Of a DNA stretch of 64,000 bases, positions 39,201 through 52,993 are shown in pieces. Made by a program: the position numbers and the translations under genes. The notes beneath the pieces are model-generated. The model worked only from the letters and a program-made list of their open reading frames with translations, did no database searches and was not told the origin of the DNA. The stretch comes from Octopus sinensis (Eukaryota): positions 89,900,001 through 89,964,000 of the forward strand of contig NC_043003.1 of NCBI RefSeq assembly GCF_006345805.1. Reading direction: 5' to 3'. Every line of letters begins with the position of its first letter. The stretch's first letter is position 1.

Positions 39201-42200
39201 TGGCTATAGAAACTATGCCAAAGTAGGCAGTGGAGTTCGATGCAATCTCCTGGTTTGTGGGGCTGATATGTATCTAAACCAGCCATATCTTGATGGTTTA
39301 AATGCTGAAGGGTTAATACATTTCATATGGCATCATTTAGCTATTATTATCATCTGTATATAATAGCCAATATAAGTGTTGATTGCTAAGCTGGTTGATT
39401 TTTTGATCATAAAGAGAGTGGGGAGAAAGAGTAAAAGAGAGATACTGAGAGAGTCAAAATAAGAAGAGCAGGATGAGTGGATATATGAGGTTTGATTGCA
39501 AACATTGATAACTTTTAACAGAGATAAGTTTTTGATGGAGTAAACTTCAATTATGTTGATAAAATGTAGAAAAATAATAACATATTTATTGCAAATATAC
39601 AAATGACAAATTTGTTTTGTTTAATTTTATTTTAAGATAATAAATGTTTTTCTTTTGAAAATCAGTATTCACTATTTTGTATAAGCACCAAGTAATTTGG
39701 TAAAAAGTTTTAATTATTGTATGTATGCCATATTTCCTGATATTATCTATGGTGGTAAATATATTGATATGACATACGACTTCTTGTCAGCACCGTTATA
39801 TCTGAACTGTTATACTATTAAGCATTCCTGATGTTCTCTTATTACTCTCCAACTGTGTGTCTTCAACAACCACTCCATGATATCTCTATTCAATAATTCC
39901 CACGACCTGTACACTATGACTGCACATATGACACTCTTCTCAGACTGTTCTGCGCATACTCATTTATACTAACTAGTATAGTTCACTTAACCAATGATGG
40001 GGGTGTACAGATTCCCCATACAACACCTCCCCTGCTCTGAGATGGGCTTTCCCTTGATCTATTATTTTTTTTTAATTACTTCCTTGGCAAACAATTAGCA
40101 TATTTCTTTTCATTTAGAACCAATCTCTAACATCTCCATCCACTTTCTCCTTCTAGTTGACTTGCACCCTGGTTCAACCCTTTCCTGCAGTGCTGAAATA
40201 TCAAATATATCATAAAGTATTTCCATAGGCTCTTGCTGCCTTTTTTGTCCTTCTGTGTACCTTTTTTATTTGATTTACTTGTCTCTTATGCTCATATGTC
40301 TGCCCTTTCATCATATATATTACTCTACCAAGACGTTTGGTTATTCCTCCTTGTTCCCAACTTTGTTTTCCATATTTGTACACTTTAAAAAATACTGCAT
40401 AACCTCTATTGAAATAGTTTGTATTATTAACAGTATTCTTTTGTATTTGTTGTTTCCTTCCTGGTAACAATTTATCAAATGCTGATTGCACCTTTCTGGT
40501 GAACATTAATTCAGTGGGTGACATACCTGACTCTGTGTTGTGGTTTGGCATTATTCTATAGTTGCGAAAAAATTTTGTTAGTGTATTATCTATTAATGAT
40601 TTGTTTCTGGTTTTTCTCAATGCTCTTTTAAACATATTTATGATCCTCTCTGTAACTTCATTTGACCTCAAATGATATGGCAGGGTAGTGACATGTTCCA
40701 TTTGATGCATCTTACAAAAATCTTTGCACTCTTTTGCTGTAAATTGTGTGCCATTGTCCAACACTATAGTGTCCAGCACGCCAAAACGTGCAAATATTTC
40801 ATCCAAAAATTCTATATTTATTTCTGTAGTTGGTTTCCTGCACTTAGCAATTTCAGGCCATTTTGTCTAGCTATTTTGTCTATATATACTGATTAGTGGT
40901 CCTGCAAAATCTATGTGTAGCCTAGACCATGGTATATCTGTCTTTGGCCACGGTTGAATCTTTACTGGAGGTGCCAAAGGGCACATTCCCTGCATGCTTT
41001 CACCAGTTTCTCGATATCTTTATCCATACTAGGCCAGTAAATATAACTCCTCATGATGGCCTCGATCCTTGCAATTCCAGGATGTTCTACATGAAATTCT
41101 GTTAACATTCTATTTTGTAGTACAACAGGTATCACAACCCACTGAGCATACATCAACACATTGTCACACATCAAAAAGTATTTCAAACCTGTGTTACTCT
41201 CAGTGACGTAATTTTTTGTATTTGTCTCATTCATCATTACTTTTTTCATTTTGTTAATAAATGCATCTTTTTCTGCTATACTTTTTATCTCGTTCAGTGT
41301 GACTGGTAGTTCCTGCACTACATTGCAGAGAATATTTTAAAATTCAATTTCTGATTTTAATGCTACTATTACTGTATCTTCTAGCAGTTCCTTATGCTTT
41401 GGGATCAATCTCGACAGCCCGTCCGCATGTCCCAATTTCTTTGAAGTCAAAAATTCCATTTTGAAATCGTAATTTGATAAGGCAGCCCCCCCCCATCCCC
41501 CCAAAGCACTGTAACTGATTGGCTATATGTGTGGGGACAGCTTTTTTTTATTCATATGTTGTTAATAGTGGACTGTGATCTGTCTGCAAGGTAAACTTTC
41601 TACTGTGCAAGAATTTATGAAATTTCTTCACTGCAAAGATAATGGTTAGTGCCTCTTTCTCTATCTGGCTGTAATATTTTTCCGTGATGCATGTGCACTC
41701 AGTTTTACATTACCATTTTCCAATTTATGTAAGATTACTGCTCCAATCCCAGATTCTCTGGCATCTGATGCTACAATTACTTTTAGTTTCAGATCAAAAT
41801 GTGCTAGAGATAGATCTGACGTTAAAATCTTTTTAATCTCTTCAAATGCTTTTTGGCATTCGTCAGTTCCACACCATTTCATATCTTCTTTCAGCAGTTT
41901 GTTTAAAGGTGCTGTTAGCTCATTAATTCTTGGAATATACATTTGATAATAATTCGCAAGACCTAGAAAAGCTTGTTAGGTTGTTATGTTAGTCGGAGGA
42001 GGCATATCTTTAATTACATCTACCTTTGACAGGTCTGGTATCGTCCATTCCTGTTGGTAATTTATCCTAAATACTTAATTTCAGATAAGAAAAATTCACA
42101 TTTTACTTCTTATTTTTCAAAAACACACTTTATGTGCTCAACATGCTGGTCACGAGATTCACTTTTAATTAATATATCATCCAGGTATGGAATTGCAAAT

Positions 42201-45200
42201 TCACAGTCTACTAACATTGTATCCATGACCTGTTGAAAAATTGCAGGTGTGACTTTTATTCTGAAAGGAAGTTGGTTAAACCTGTATAACCCTTTGTGCA
42301 TGTTTATCATTAATAGCTTGAAACATTCTATGTCTACCTGCAGCTGCAAATAAGCTTCCAATAAATCCAATTTAGAAAAGTGTTTACCCCCATTAAGTTT
42401 GGCAAAAATCTCCTCTGGACTTGGTAACAGATAGTATTAAATCCCATTGAAAAATTGGTGCAGACCCTTATTTTATTATTTTTCTTTTTTATGTACACAA
42501 TTGTCACTGCCCATTCCGAATAGTCTAATTTATGTATTACACCAATATTCTCAAGTCTTTCCATTTCTTTTTCTACTTGATTCGGTGCTGCAAAAGGCAC
42601 AGCTCCCTTTGGTTTTAAAACCAGAACGGCATTTTCTTTTAGCTGGAATTTCACTTTTATTTTTGTACATGTACCAAGTTCTGAAAAAACATCAGGATAT
42701 ATATTTTTTAATTTCATTTGTAACTTCTCAGAAACCTTGTTTGATCTGGCATGCAACGCATTCACATTATTACAGAAAATACTTATGGGCAAATCCCACA
42801 AATTAAATGTCTCCATCCAATCTGTACCAAACAGATTCATGGTGTTTTCTGATATGTAGACCTTTGAATGTCTTCCCATGAAATGTTACATCTGGCATCA
42901 ATTCACCCAGGAATCGAACTTGCTGTCCAGAGACTCCACAAGTTATTTGCTTTGTTTTCTTGAACATCGGTCTTCCAATTTTCTTCCAAGTTTCAGTATC
43001 TATTATTGAGAAATTACTCCCTGTGTCTAGTTGTAATCTTGTGTGTACATTATTTTACAGATACAAATTGTCGTTTTTTTGTCTCCCTATGTTTTCATTG
43101 AAAACACTTTGTTTTTTCATTTAATCTTTTCTTTTTTGCCCAACATTGCAACTGTTTATGCCCCATTTTGCCACAAGCAAAACATTCTCTATTCTTAAAG
43201 AAGCAGGTCCTTTTGAAGTGCAACTCACCACAACCATAACACAGTTTGGGCCTTATTTGTTTTATTTTTTTGTTTGTCATAGGTCAATGTGCCTGTACAT
43301 TAATATTATTATTTTCAATTTTTTCAGTAGGTTAATAATACATTGACATTCTTCTGCCACTTTTTGCAAAGTTAATTTAGTGTCTTGTGTCAATTTTGTT
43401 AATATTCTTGCTCATATTTCTACATCCTCACTCGTAGTTAGTCCTTTGACAAATATCAAACATTTAAACATATCTGGGGACAACTCTCCTAACTTGAATT
43501 TTTCACATGCTTTGTTTACAATTCCTGCATATGTAAACAAAGTCATCATTTTCATTTTTTTAAAAATTTAGGCATTCCCAGTGTATGTTGAATAGCAAGC
43601 TCTTTTCACAGAATATAATGGTTGATATTTTAATTGTTTCTTCAAAACAAATTTCTGGCAGCTTTTTTGGTAGAATAAAGTTGCAGCATTTCTCATGCTC
43701 TGACAGAGCTAGTTTATGCAAAAGAAATCTTACCTTCTTTTTGTTTATCCAGCCTCTTTAAATATTTCTTCATACCTTCAGTTGTACGAAGAAAATGTAA
43801 TCCCATCTTTGGAGTTATACAGGAATTCTTCAATAGAGTTGGCTACTCCATCCGCTGAATATGATGCCGCTGCATTCTTGGATTGTAGCAATAATTCTAT
43901 CAGCTGCTGGTTTGGCTGTTGTTGTTGTTGCTGTTCACAGAATTCTTGCTGCTATTGTAGTAGTTCTTCCATTTCAACACTCCTACAAGCATTCGTAACT
44001 TTGTTCCCACTGTTATAACAACACCGTTATACAGTGGCCACTGATATGATGTAGGACTCTTTGTCGTCAGTGTTATAACATCAAATATTCCTGACGTTCT
44101 CTTGTTACTCTCCAACAGTGTATCTTTAACAAGCACTCCAGAATATCTCTATTCAATAATTCCTACGACCTGTACACTATGATTTGTGCATATGACACTC
44201 TCCTTAGACTGTTCTGCACATGCTCATTTATACTGACTAATATAGTTCACTTAGCCAATCACGGAGGTGTACAGATTCCCCACACAACATGTATATTAAC
44301 TGCAGCCACTCATCAAGACTATGACTGTTCATGGCTTTGGCATGATTTGATAAGCTTTCTCCATACTCATCGGTTTTTTGCTTGAGTTTACCATTTATTA
44401 TGATCAGTTCCTTTCCACTTCACACTTCTTTCTGCAGTGTCTTTGAATATCGGTCTTGGTCTTCCTTGGTTTCTTTTTTCCCTTGCATAGTTGGGAGTAA
44501 AAGATTTGTCTGGGGTGTCTGTTGTCCATCCCATGTACGTCACCCAACCAATGTAAATTTCTATCATTGGGGATTTTGCTCATAGGAAGCAGACCAGCAT
44601 GCCATAAGATCTTTGCATACCTGATCTTGTCAAAGAGAATGATATTCGTAATTCATTGCAGCTGTCTCATCATATATGCATGTAACTTGTCTACTTGAGC
44701 TTTATTGACTGTCCAAGTTTCAGCTCCATACAGCAGGGAAGAAAGCATACCAGCCTGGTATATAGACCTGACGTTTGACATGTATAGAAACATGTCTATT
44801 TTTCCACAGCCTCTCCTGCAGTCTGTTAAATGAAGCACTAGCTCTGTTCATTCTGTATGTGTATGTAAATGTTTACTTCCAAAGTTACCTGCCATATGAC
44901 AGGTAACACTCTGTGGTTTATTATAATCAATACTGCTTGAAATATGTAAGTCTAGTACCATTAATTAAACAAGCAGTAGTGTGAGGTGTATTGGATTTTT
45001 TTTTTTTTCAATTTAGTTTTAAATTTTTAAGTTAAAACTTTTTACATTTATCACATTATTACATTTATCACATTTGAAAATATGACACTAAATGTATAAT
45101 TTTAAATCTTTAAATGTAAAATTAGAACTTACCTAAAGTTCTTGTGACTGAAAGCAGGATGTTTCATCGATGCAAATTATTTAAATTTGCCCTATTTACA

Positions 45201-48200
45201 TGTTGTAGTGCTCAACAACCTGATATTAAAAGCAGCAATAACTATTACACAATATTTTACCGATTTAATATTTTCTGTTAATCTTATTTCCATACATGTG
45301 TGTGTGTGTATGTACACATGCATGTGCATATGTACCTTAATACACAGAATAAGTTGCTGTTCTGAACTTGTTGGTTTCTAAAAAGTTTCAGATACAAACT
45401 AAAATAATCCAAAGTTAACAGGCATGGCTGCATAGTAAGAAGCTTGCTTCCCAACAACATGGTATCTTGGGCAAATGTCTTCTACTATAAGCCACAGGTT
45501 GATCAAAGCCTTGTGAGTGGATTTAATTGATAGAAACTGAAAGAAGCCCATCGTGTGTGTGTGTGTGTCTTTGTGTCCTCTTGACAAGCAGTGTTGGTGT
45601 GTTTACATCCCCCTAACTTAGCAGTTCAGAAAAAGAGACTAATAGAAGTATTTTCAGGCCCTGTAGAGAAAGCTTCTTGTGTGTTTGTCACAGAGGGTTG
45701 CAATTCTAAGAAGATATGATTGGATGAAATATTTAGTTAAAAGTTACAGAAATAAGTCACAGATAATAATAAAAAAAAAAGAAGCTAAAATTATTAAAAT
45801 AGGCTGGGTTCTGATGAGGAATAATTTAGAGCAATGGGAAGTGTTAAGTGTTGTAGTTAAAGTAGTAACAACAGCAGCAGTGGTAGCAGTAGTAACAACA
45901 ACAGTAAGGTGTGAGTTGGTGGTTGTAGTATATTGGTGAATGGATCTTTACCAATCAAATAGATAATCCTTTTTCAAGGAAGTCAGTTAAAGACATGTAT
46001 GTGTAGCAGCTACACAATTCCAATTTTGTAACCATTATTCCAACATATGTCAAGGTGTGTCATTAGAAATAAAGAATTTTCAGGCCCTGTAGAGAAAGCC
46101 TCTTGTATGTTTGTCACAGCAATTCTCAGACATGTCATGTTCATAGTTTTATTATAATTTTTCTTTTATAGAGTGAATGATATTGTCATTCAGGTTAATA
46201 ATGTTGATGTCACTAATGTAGAACGGAAAGTAGCACTAGATGCTATTGTGAACACTGTTGGCATTATAAAAATGGTATGTGATTTATTTCATATTTATTT
46301 TTTCACTATTGATTTTTTTCAAGCTAGTACAGATAAAGTTTATATCATATAATTATATGGTTAATGTAGTAAAGACCCCTTGACCTCCATTGTTACGTAA
46401 TAATAATGATTATAATAATAATTGTAAAAAGCTAGAATTATTAGCATATTTTTAAAAGATTGATGTAACTCTTCATGAAGGTATTTAGACAATAAGAAGA
46501 GCGTAATGTGATTGTAATAGCTTGTTTATTGGTTTGAACGATATTTTGACAGCTCACCTGTCTTTTTCAAGTTCAAAACATAAAATGAACTCACACATTC
46601 AAAAATATAGAAATTCAAAATCATGAATGAGGAAATCCTGCGTTACCCCTTTGACAGAATGATATCATCAGTCTTCAGTTTTGCAACTGGCAAAAAGAAA
46701 AAGAGAAAAGAATATTTAGTCGAACAGTTTTGTGTAAATATGATGAAATTTACCTGTCATTTTATTTATTCCTGCAGGGCATGATGTTAGTGACTCACAA
46801 ATATATTTATTCTCATGCATTTTGAGAATTATTAGTTGACTTAATTGAAGAACTGTCAGTTCATATCTATGACTGAAGCTGTGTAAGGAATAATCATTAG
46901 TTCCAGAATACCTGGTAGTAGAGGAGATAACATGAAAACAATGGTAATTGAGTGTCACACTACTAAGAATATGCTAGTATGTAAATGGAGACTGAGGAGT
47001 CAGTGAATGTGGTGGTTTGTCTTCTGAACAATCAGAATTAAAGAGTGATGTATAGGAGTAAAGATAAAAGTTCATTACGAACACCTTAAAACTATTCATC
47101 TACTAACTGGATAACATGTTCATTTCCCATGATTTTAGTATTTCAAACTAGTTATATTCTTTTCTATTTGGCAGGTCATCCGGCGACGAAGATCCATGAT
47201 ACGATCTTGGCAGCCAATTCAGCTCAATGTATCAAGCTTGAAAGGTAATCATGTCACTTTAATTAAGTCTTTCCCCTAGTTAAAGATTAATTCTCTGTTC
47301 AGGCTATTTTTAAGCTTTACACCCTAGTTTGCAACTTAACAGAGGTTTATCATGACTTACAAAGCCATATCTCAGGCTGCATTACAGCTCCAGAGACTGT
47401 GTAATAGTATAGAAGTTTATTTTACAGCCAAGGGTCATACTACAGTTTCTAAGGCTTGTGTTGTAGCTTGCAAGATGCATCAGTTTTACTAAGAAGGCCA
47501 TTTGACTAGCTGTAGGTGTATATGACAGTTTAATGGGTGTCAATTACATCTTGTTGGACACATTCCCTTTACAAAATTAACATTTAAAAAATTTTCAATA
47601 TGTTTGTAATCTATAATTATATAGATTACAAACATGTGTTGAAAAATTTTAAATGTTAATTAAGGTAGATGAGTACTTCGTTAACAAAAAACTACTCAAA
47701 ACATAAATGTGGTTCAGTTTTTCATTGTTTGTATTCAGTGACTAAAAGTAGAGTTCAAAAATAATTTCTGTTAGAAGAGAGCATGTATTTAGAAACTGTT
47801 TGGAATTGTCTTTGTCTTTTATAAAACTAGATTTATTTAATTAAGAATTAAATCATCTGTGTCACACCTCCATTATTTTCTCTCTTGCTTTATTCTCCTC
47901 AATTTGCCTGTTGCTCTATACTCTTTAACCACCATTTTTGATATCTTTCTTCCAAGCAATTCTTCACTTTTAGTATCTAATTCCTTCAAATTCTTGCAAC
48001 ACACAAAATTCATAATGATTTTGTCAATTTTTTTTTTATCTTTTAGTATTTATATTTCCCCAACACCACTTTTCTCTCTCATATGGACTTTATCCATGTA
48101 TTATTATGCTGAGAGGGCAAAAATTATCTGGCTGTTGTCAATGTTGATAGTGTAGCTGCAGAGGCAGCCAATGGATTTGTATACAATTTTGAGCATATCT

Positions 48201-51200
48201 TTCATATTTATGAGTTGTCTTAACTATAGAGATACATTCTATGAGTTCTCCTCTATTTAACTCTGTATCTATTTGTTGTATATATTATATACAGGATTAC
48301 CATAAAGTCTGCATACATGAGCAAAAATGGATAATTTCAATAATTTTATTCAACTATGTTAATGAATAATATTTTCAACATGGTTTCTGCTATTAGTATT
48401 CAGATTTATGGTTACTCTGTACATTATTTCTTGTATATATATAATACAGACATTATATACATGTTTTTTGGTTAACACGATTTCATATTTTGCTTCACCC
48501 TATCAGAATTTAACTTGATTTGAATGGCCATCAACAGTTAAACAATTTACTTTTTAGAATTTCGTGTGAAAGAAATTTCACAATATTCATTTAAAATGTG
48601 GAGATACTAACTCCAGTTCTCATTCATACACATCATTATTTCCATTCCATTCTTTTTGTTTTTACTACAAATACAAACCAGTTTTCATTTCCATTACTGA
48701 TTAGAAAATATAACTTATCTATCACTTCAGGTGAATTCTCGTTGCAATCTATAATCTTTACTACAAAGTAATATATACTGAGATACTCAAACTCCACCGA
48801 GGTCAGCTTTGCCTTTCATTCTTTGTGAAATATCCAATGACAAATATGCGAACAGTTTGACATTTCCCCCATGTCACTTCAGAATTCAAACTTATTGCAA
48901 TGCACCAGTCCCTGTGTTCCTGCCACTACAATTCACTCTGGATTTCAACAATGTTTTTAAACCGGCAAACTTAGAGCTACATTTCCATCTTGGGGAAGAG
49001 ATGGAAGTCTGCAGGTGATAGATCTGGTGAATAGGGTGGGTGCAGAAGCAATACCATGTTGTTTTTGGCAAGAAACTCATGAGTGAGGAGAGTTCAGTGA
49101 CAGGGTGCATTGTTATCCTGAAGAATCCAATTGTTTACACTGACAGACCTCAATGCAATATTCTTTCTGCTCACTGGTCAGCAGGCAGGGAACAGACTTG
49201 GCAGACACATGTCACATGTTCAATTTAGACATTAAGATTGCTTGCACAGACTCATATGACAGACCAACAACATCAGCAATGTCGTTGAATGTCCTCTGAC
49301 AATCCTCATGCACAAGCTCATGAATTTTCTCCACATTTCTGGGGTGACACTCTTAGCAGGTCTTCTAGATTGCTTATCTTCCAAGGACATTTTTACGCTT
49401 TTGAAGTGCCTGTGTCACTCAAAACATTGTATACCGCCCATTACCTCATCACCATAAGCATGCTGAAGCCTGCTCAATATTCTTTGTAGCTGACTTCCCA
49501 AATTTAACACAAAATCTCATGTTGGCTCTTTGTTCCAACTTCCTGTCCATAACAAAATCACAGACTATAACATACACATGATCATAAAGACACAAATTTC
49601 ACAACTTGCAAAGGAGACACAGCGATGTCACTTAGCACACTACCTCATGAAGGTTACTGCTAGCTCTCCCTGCATATGCAACCCTGTGCTGTCATCTGTT
49701 GGTGCACTACAGAACTAGTCTGGGAATTTTTTGATACCACCTCATAATATATTGGAAGATATATGGAGAGATTTCATCATTTCATTATACCTCCTTCCCT
49801 AGCTTACATAACCTTCACCTGGAATGTGTCTCATATTGTTTAATGAATGTGTTACTTTTAACAGTCATTTGTTCGAAATGAAAAATTGTCCTAAAACAAG
49901 GAATTTTTTATCTTTTACTTTTTACTTGTTTCAGTCATTAGACTGTGTCAATGCTGGGGCACCATTTTGAAGGATTTTTTAGTCAAATGAATTGACCCCA
50001 GTACTATGTTTTTGTTAAGTCTGATACTTATTCTATCGATCGCTTTTGCTAAACTGCTAAGTTACAGGGATGTAAATACAAATACCAGTTGCAAAGTGGT
50101 GGTGGGGGGACAAACACAGATACAAAAACAGGCATGCTCAAACACACACACACACACATATACGACAAGCTTCTTTCAGTTTCCATGTACCAAATCCACT
50201 CACAAGGCTTTGGTTAGCTTGAGGTTATAAGAGGAAACACTTGTCCAATGTGCCACTCACTGGGACTGAATGTGGCACCATGTGGTTGGGAAACAAGCCT
50301 CTTTACCACACAACCATGCCTGCACCTCTGTTGATGAATATTGAGAATCTCGCATCCACTTGTCAGCTATTTGCAATGAGTGGGTGACTACAAAACTATA
50401 TTGTAATACACCACCCTGGTGGCCAATGGTGACACAAAACATCAGAGCTAGAAATACAAGTTTTACATCCCTTATGGCAATTCTCTTCTATATAGTTGAT
50501 CTGGAAGAAAATAATGTTGAAATGGAGTACTCATGTAACAATTTATTTAAAAATTTACGGTTTCATACTCTATTCCAGTATACTGTTAATAATACAGTAT
50601 TTACATGCATGCATGGATTACTGATTTCTATCTTTAAAAAAATCTCTTTAAAATATCTGTATGACAGAATTACCGCATTTGTTTTTCCACAAAATCATCG
50701 TCATTTTAATGTCCTCTTTTCCATGTTTGTATGGGTCAGATGGAATTTATTGAGGTATATTTTCTACAGCTAGATGGCCTTTCTCTCACCAACCTTCACC
50801 TGTTTCCAAGCAAGGTAATGTTTCTCCATAGCTAATATGTTCTTGCAGAATATTGAAAATGAAAGACACTGCTTGTTTGACAGTGACAATCATTTACAGC
50901 TATCACATGATTTCAAGACAAGGACACACAAATACAGACACATTCACACATATATACAACAGGCTTCTATCAGTTTCCATCTACTAAATCCACTCACAAA
51001 ACTTTGGTCAACCTGTAACTATAGAAGATATTTGCCCAAAATGCTCTGCAGTGGGAGTGAACCTAAAACCACGTTCTTAGTCAAACAACTGTTTGTAAAA
51101 TAGAGATGTGTTTTATGCAAGAGTGCATCTTATACTCCAGCAAATACAGTATGTTTCTGTTGGTTTGGCACATCACGATTAAATCATTATCTTTTTTGGT

Positions 51201-51666
51201 CAAGCATTTGCTCAATTTGTTTTTCAATCATAAAAGCACCTTTATAGACTCTAGTGTATACTAACCACGAACAAAAAACTACCCTAGTTTATGCATCTAG
51301 ATTTTGGCACAAAGTAAACACATTCAAAATAATCTTCCATAAAAATGCCCTTGTGCATTTTGTATTTTTTTTTTATTTGTTAGAATATTGGAGGTACATT
51401 TTTATTGTTTTTTATTTTTTTGGTTTTCTTAAATATAACAGTTAATATCTACTTTACTTTATTATTGCAATTACTTTGAATGCAAATATATGACTTTAAT
51501 TGCTTTCTTATATTCTTGCAGATATGGGAATCCAAATAGAAAATGGTATTTTCATCAGTCGCATTTCTGCTGGTTCAGTAATAGCAAAAGATGGAATGCT
51601 TATTGTTGGGGACAGAATCAGCAGTGTAAGTTTAGCCTCTCTCTCTCTCTCTCTCTCTCTCTTTAC

Positions 51667-51702
<36 letters not shown>

Positions 51703-52928
51703 GCACCTCAACTTAAGTCATTTCAATTTAAGTCATTTTCAATTATACATCAAAAATAATATATAGAAAAATGAAAATCAAGTTAAGTCATTTTACTCAA
51801 CTTTAAGTCATTTTACTCAACTTTACGTCTGTCTGCCACAAATATTGGAATTATAAAATCACTAGAAAACTGTTAAAATAACATAAAATCATGTTACTCT
51901 ACAATAAATAAGAATGAAAGCATATAAAATCATTAAAATAGATTCTGTAAATGTGAAGATACACACCATACAGTAGTGTAGCTTAGTGAATGAAATCAGG
52001 AAACCAGCTGTGTTGTCTTATTGGCCTTTCGGAGCTCATATTGCACTGTAGTTCCAATATCTACCGTGAGGCATCGTTGTCAATCGTGATTCCCATGATT
52101 GTTTTGAATTCAGATTTGTTTATGTCTGTTTAACAGCTACTTTCTCATTCTCATTCATTTGTAACTTTATTTTTGGTAAATTTTGATCCTTTCACTTGCA
52201 TGATTTTCATTAAGAAAAAGAAGACTCAAATTTTTTGTGTGGAATCAAGTACCCTGACCTCCTAATATGCTGCAAATTCCTTATTTTTGTTCAGAAAAAG
52301 TGGAGGGGGGGCGGACCCCCCCCCCCCCCCCATATCCCAGAATCATTGGAAATTTTTTTCTTTCATTGACTGAATTCCAGTGACCTCCTAATATGCTACA
52401 AAACCCTTTTTGGGGTCTGGAAAATGGGGTAGTGTGGGGTGGAACCCTTGGAAATTTTACTATTTCTTTCTTTACCCATAATTTTAGATAACATTTTGCA
52501 GAAATACATTTTTGAGAGAGTGTGGTTTACATTAGATTGAAAATTCAAAGAAGTTTGAAATGAATATGTGAAAATGCAGAGGTTAAAGAAGTTAGTGGTA
52601 GCAAAGTGTGGAGAGATAAACGATAAATTCATCTTAAAAAAACAGAGTTTTTGCATTTATGAGTGAAACAGAATAAAATTTATAATATTAACAAAGTATC
52701 TTTTTCCTACCTCTCAAAATCACTGTATTAAATATATATAATAATCCCGAATTGATTTTCCTAGCTTGCCAGTCAAACCGTCCAACCCATGCCAGAATGG
52801 AAAGCAGAGGTTAAATGATGATGGTGATAATGATATATTATGAAATAATTATGATAGATTGTTACCCAGTCAATGTTTAGGTAAACTTTGTCACCCACTC
52901 ACTCTCTCTTTCTTTTTCTCTCTTTCTT

Positions 52929-52993
<65 letters not shown>

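Larger units (their letters stand above)
39741..44289 (-). mobile_element. Degenerate Ty3/gypsy LTR retrotransposon (gag-PR-RT-RH-IN), both LTRs present
   Basis: gag MEELLQ..., two CCHC knuckles CYGCGELH / [14 protein letters not shown], protease [44 protein letters not shown] and [11 protein letters not shown]; many stops and frameshifts; no TSD found. Confidence 0.95.

Noticed and set aside
40210-43280. Gypsy ORFs as a domesticated or active gene
   Set aside because: They are broken by many stops and frameshifts, and the LTRs have diverged.
44884-44907. Near-perfect 24-bp palindrome GTTACCTG-CCATATGA-CAGGTAAC as a miRNA or terminator
   Set aside because: It is too short for a pre-miRNA and has no supporting context.
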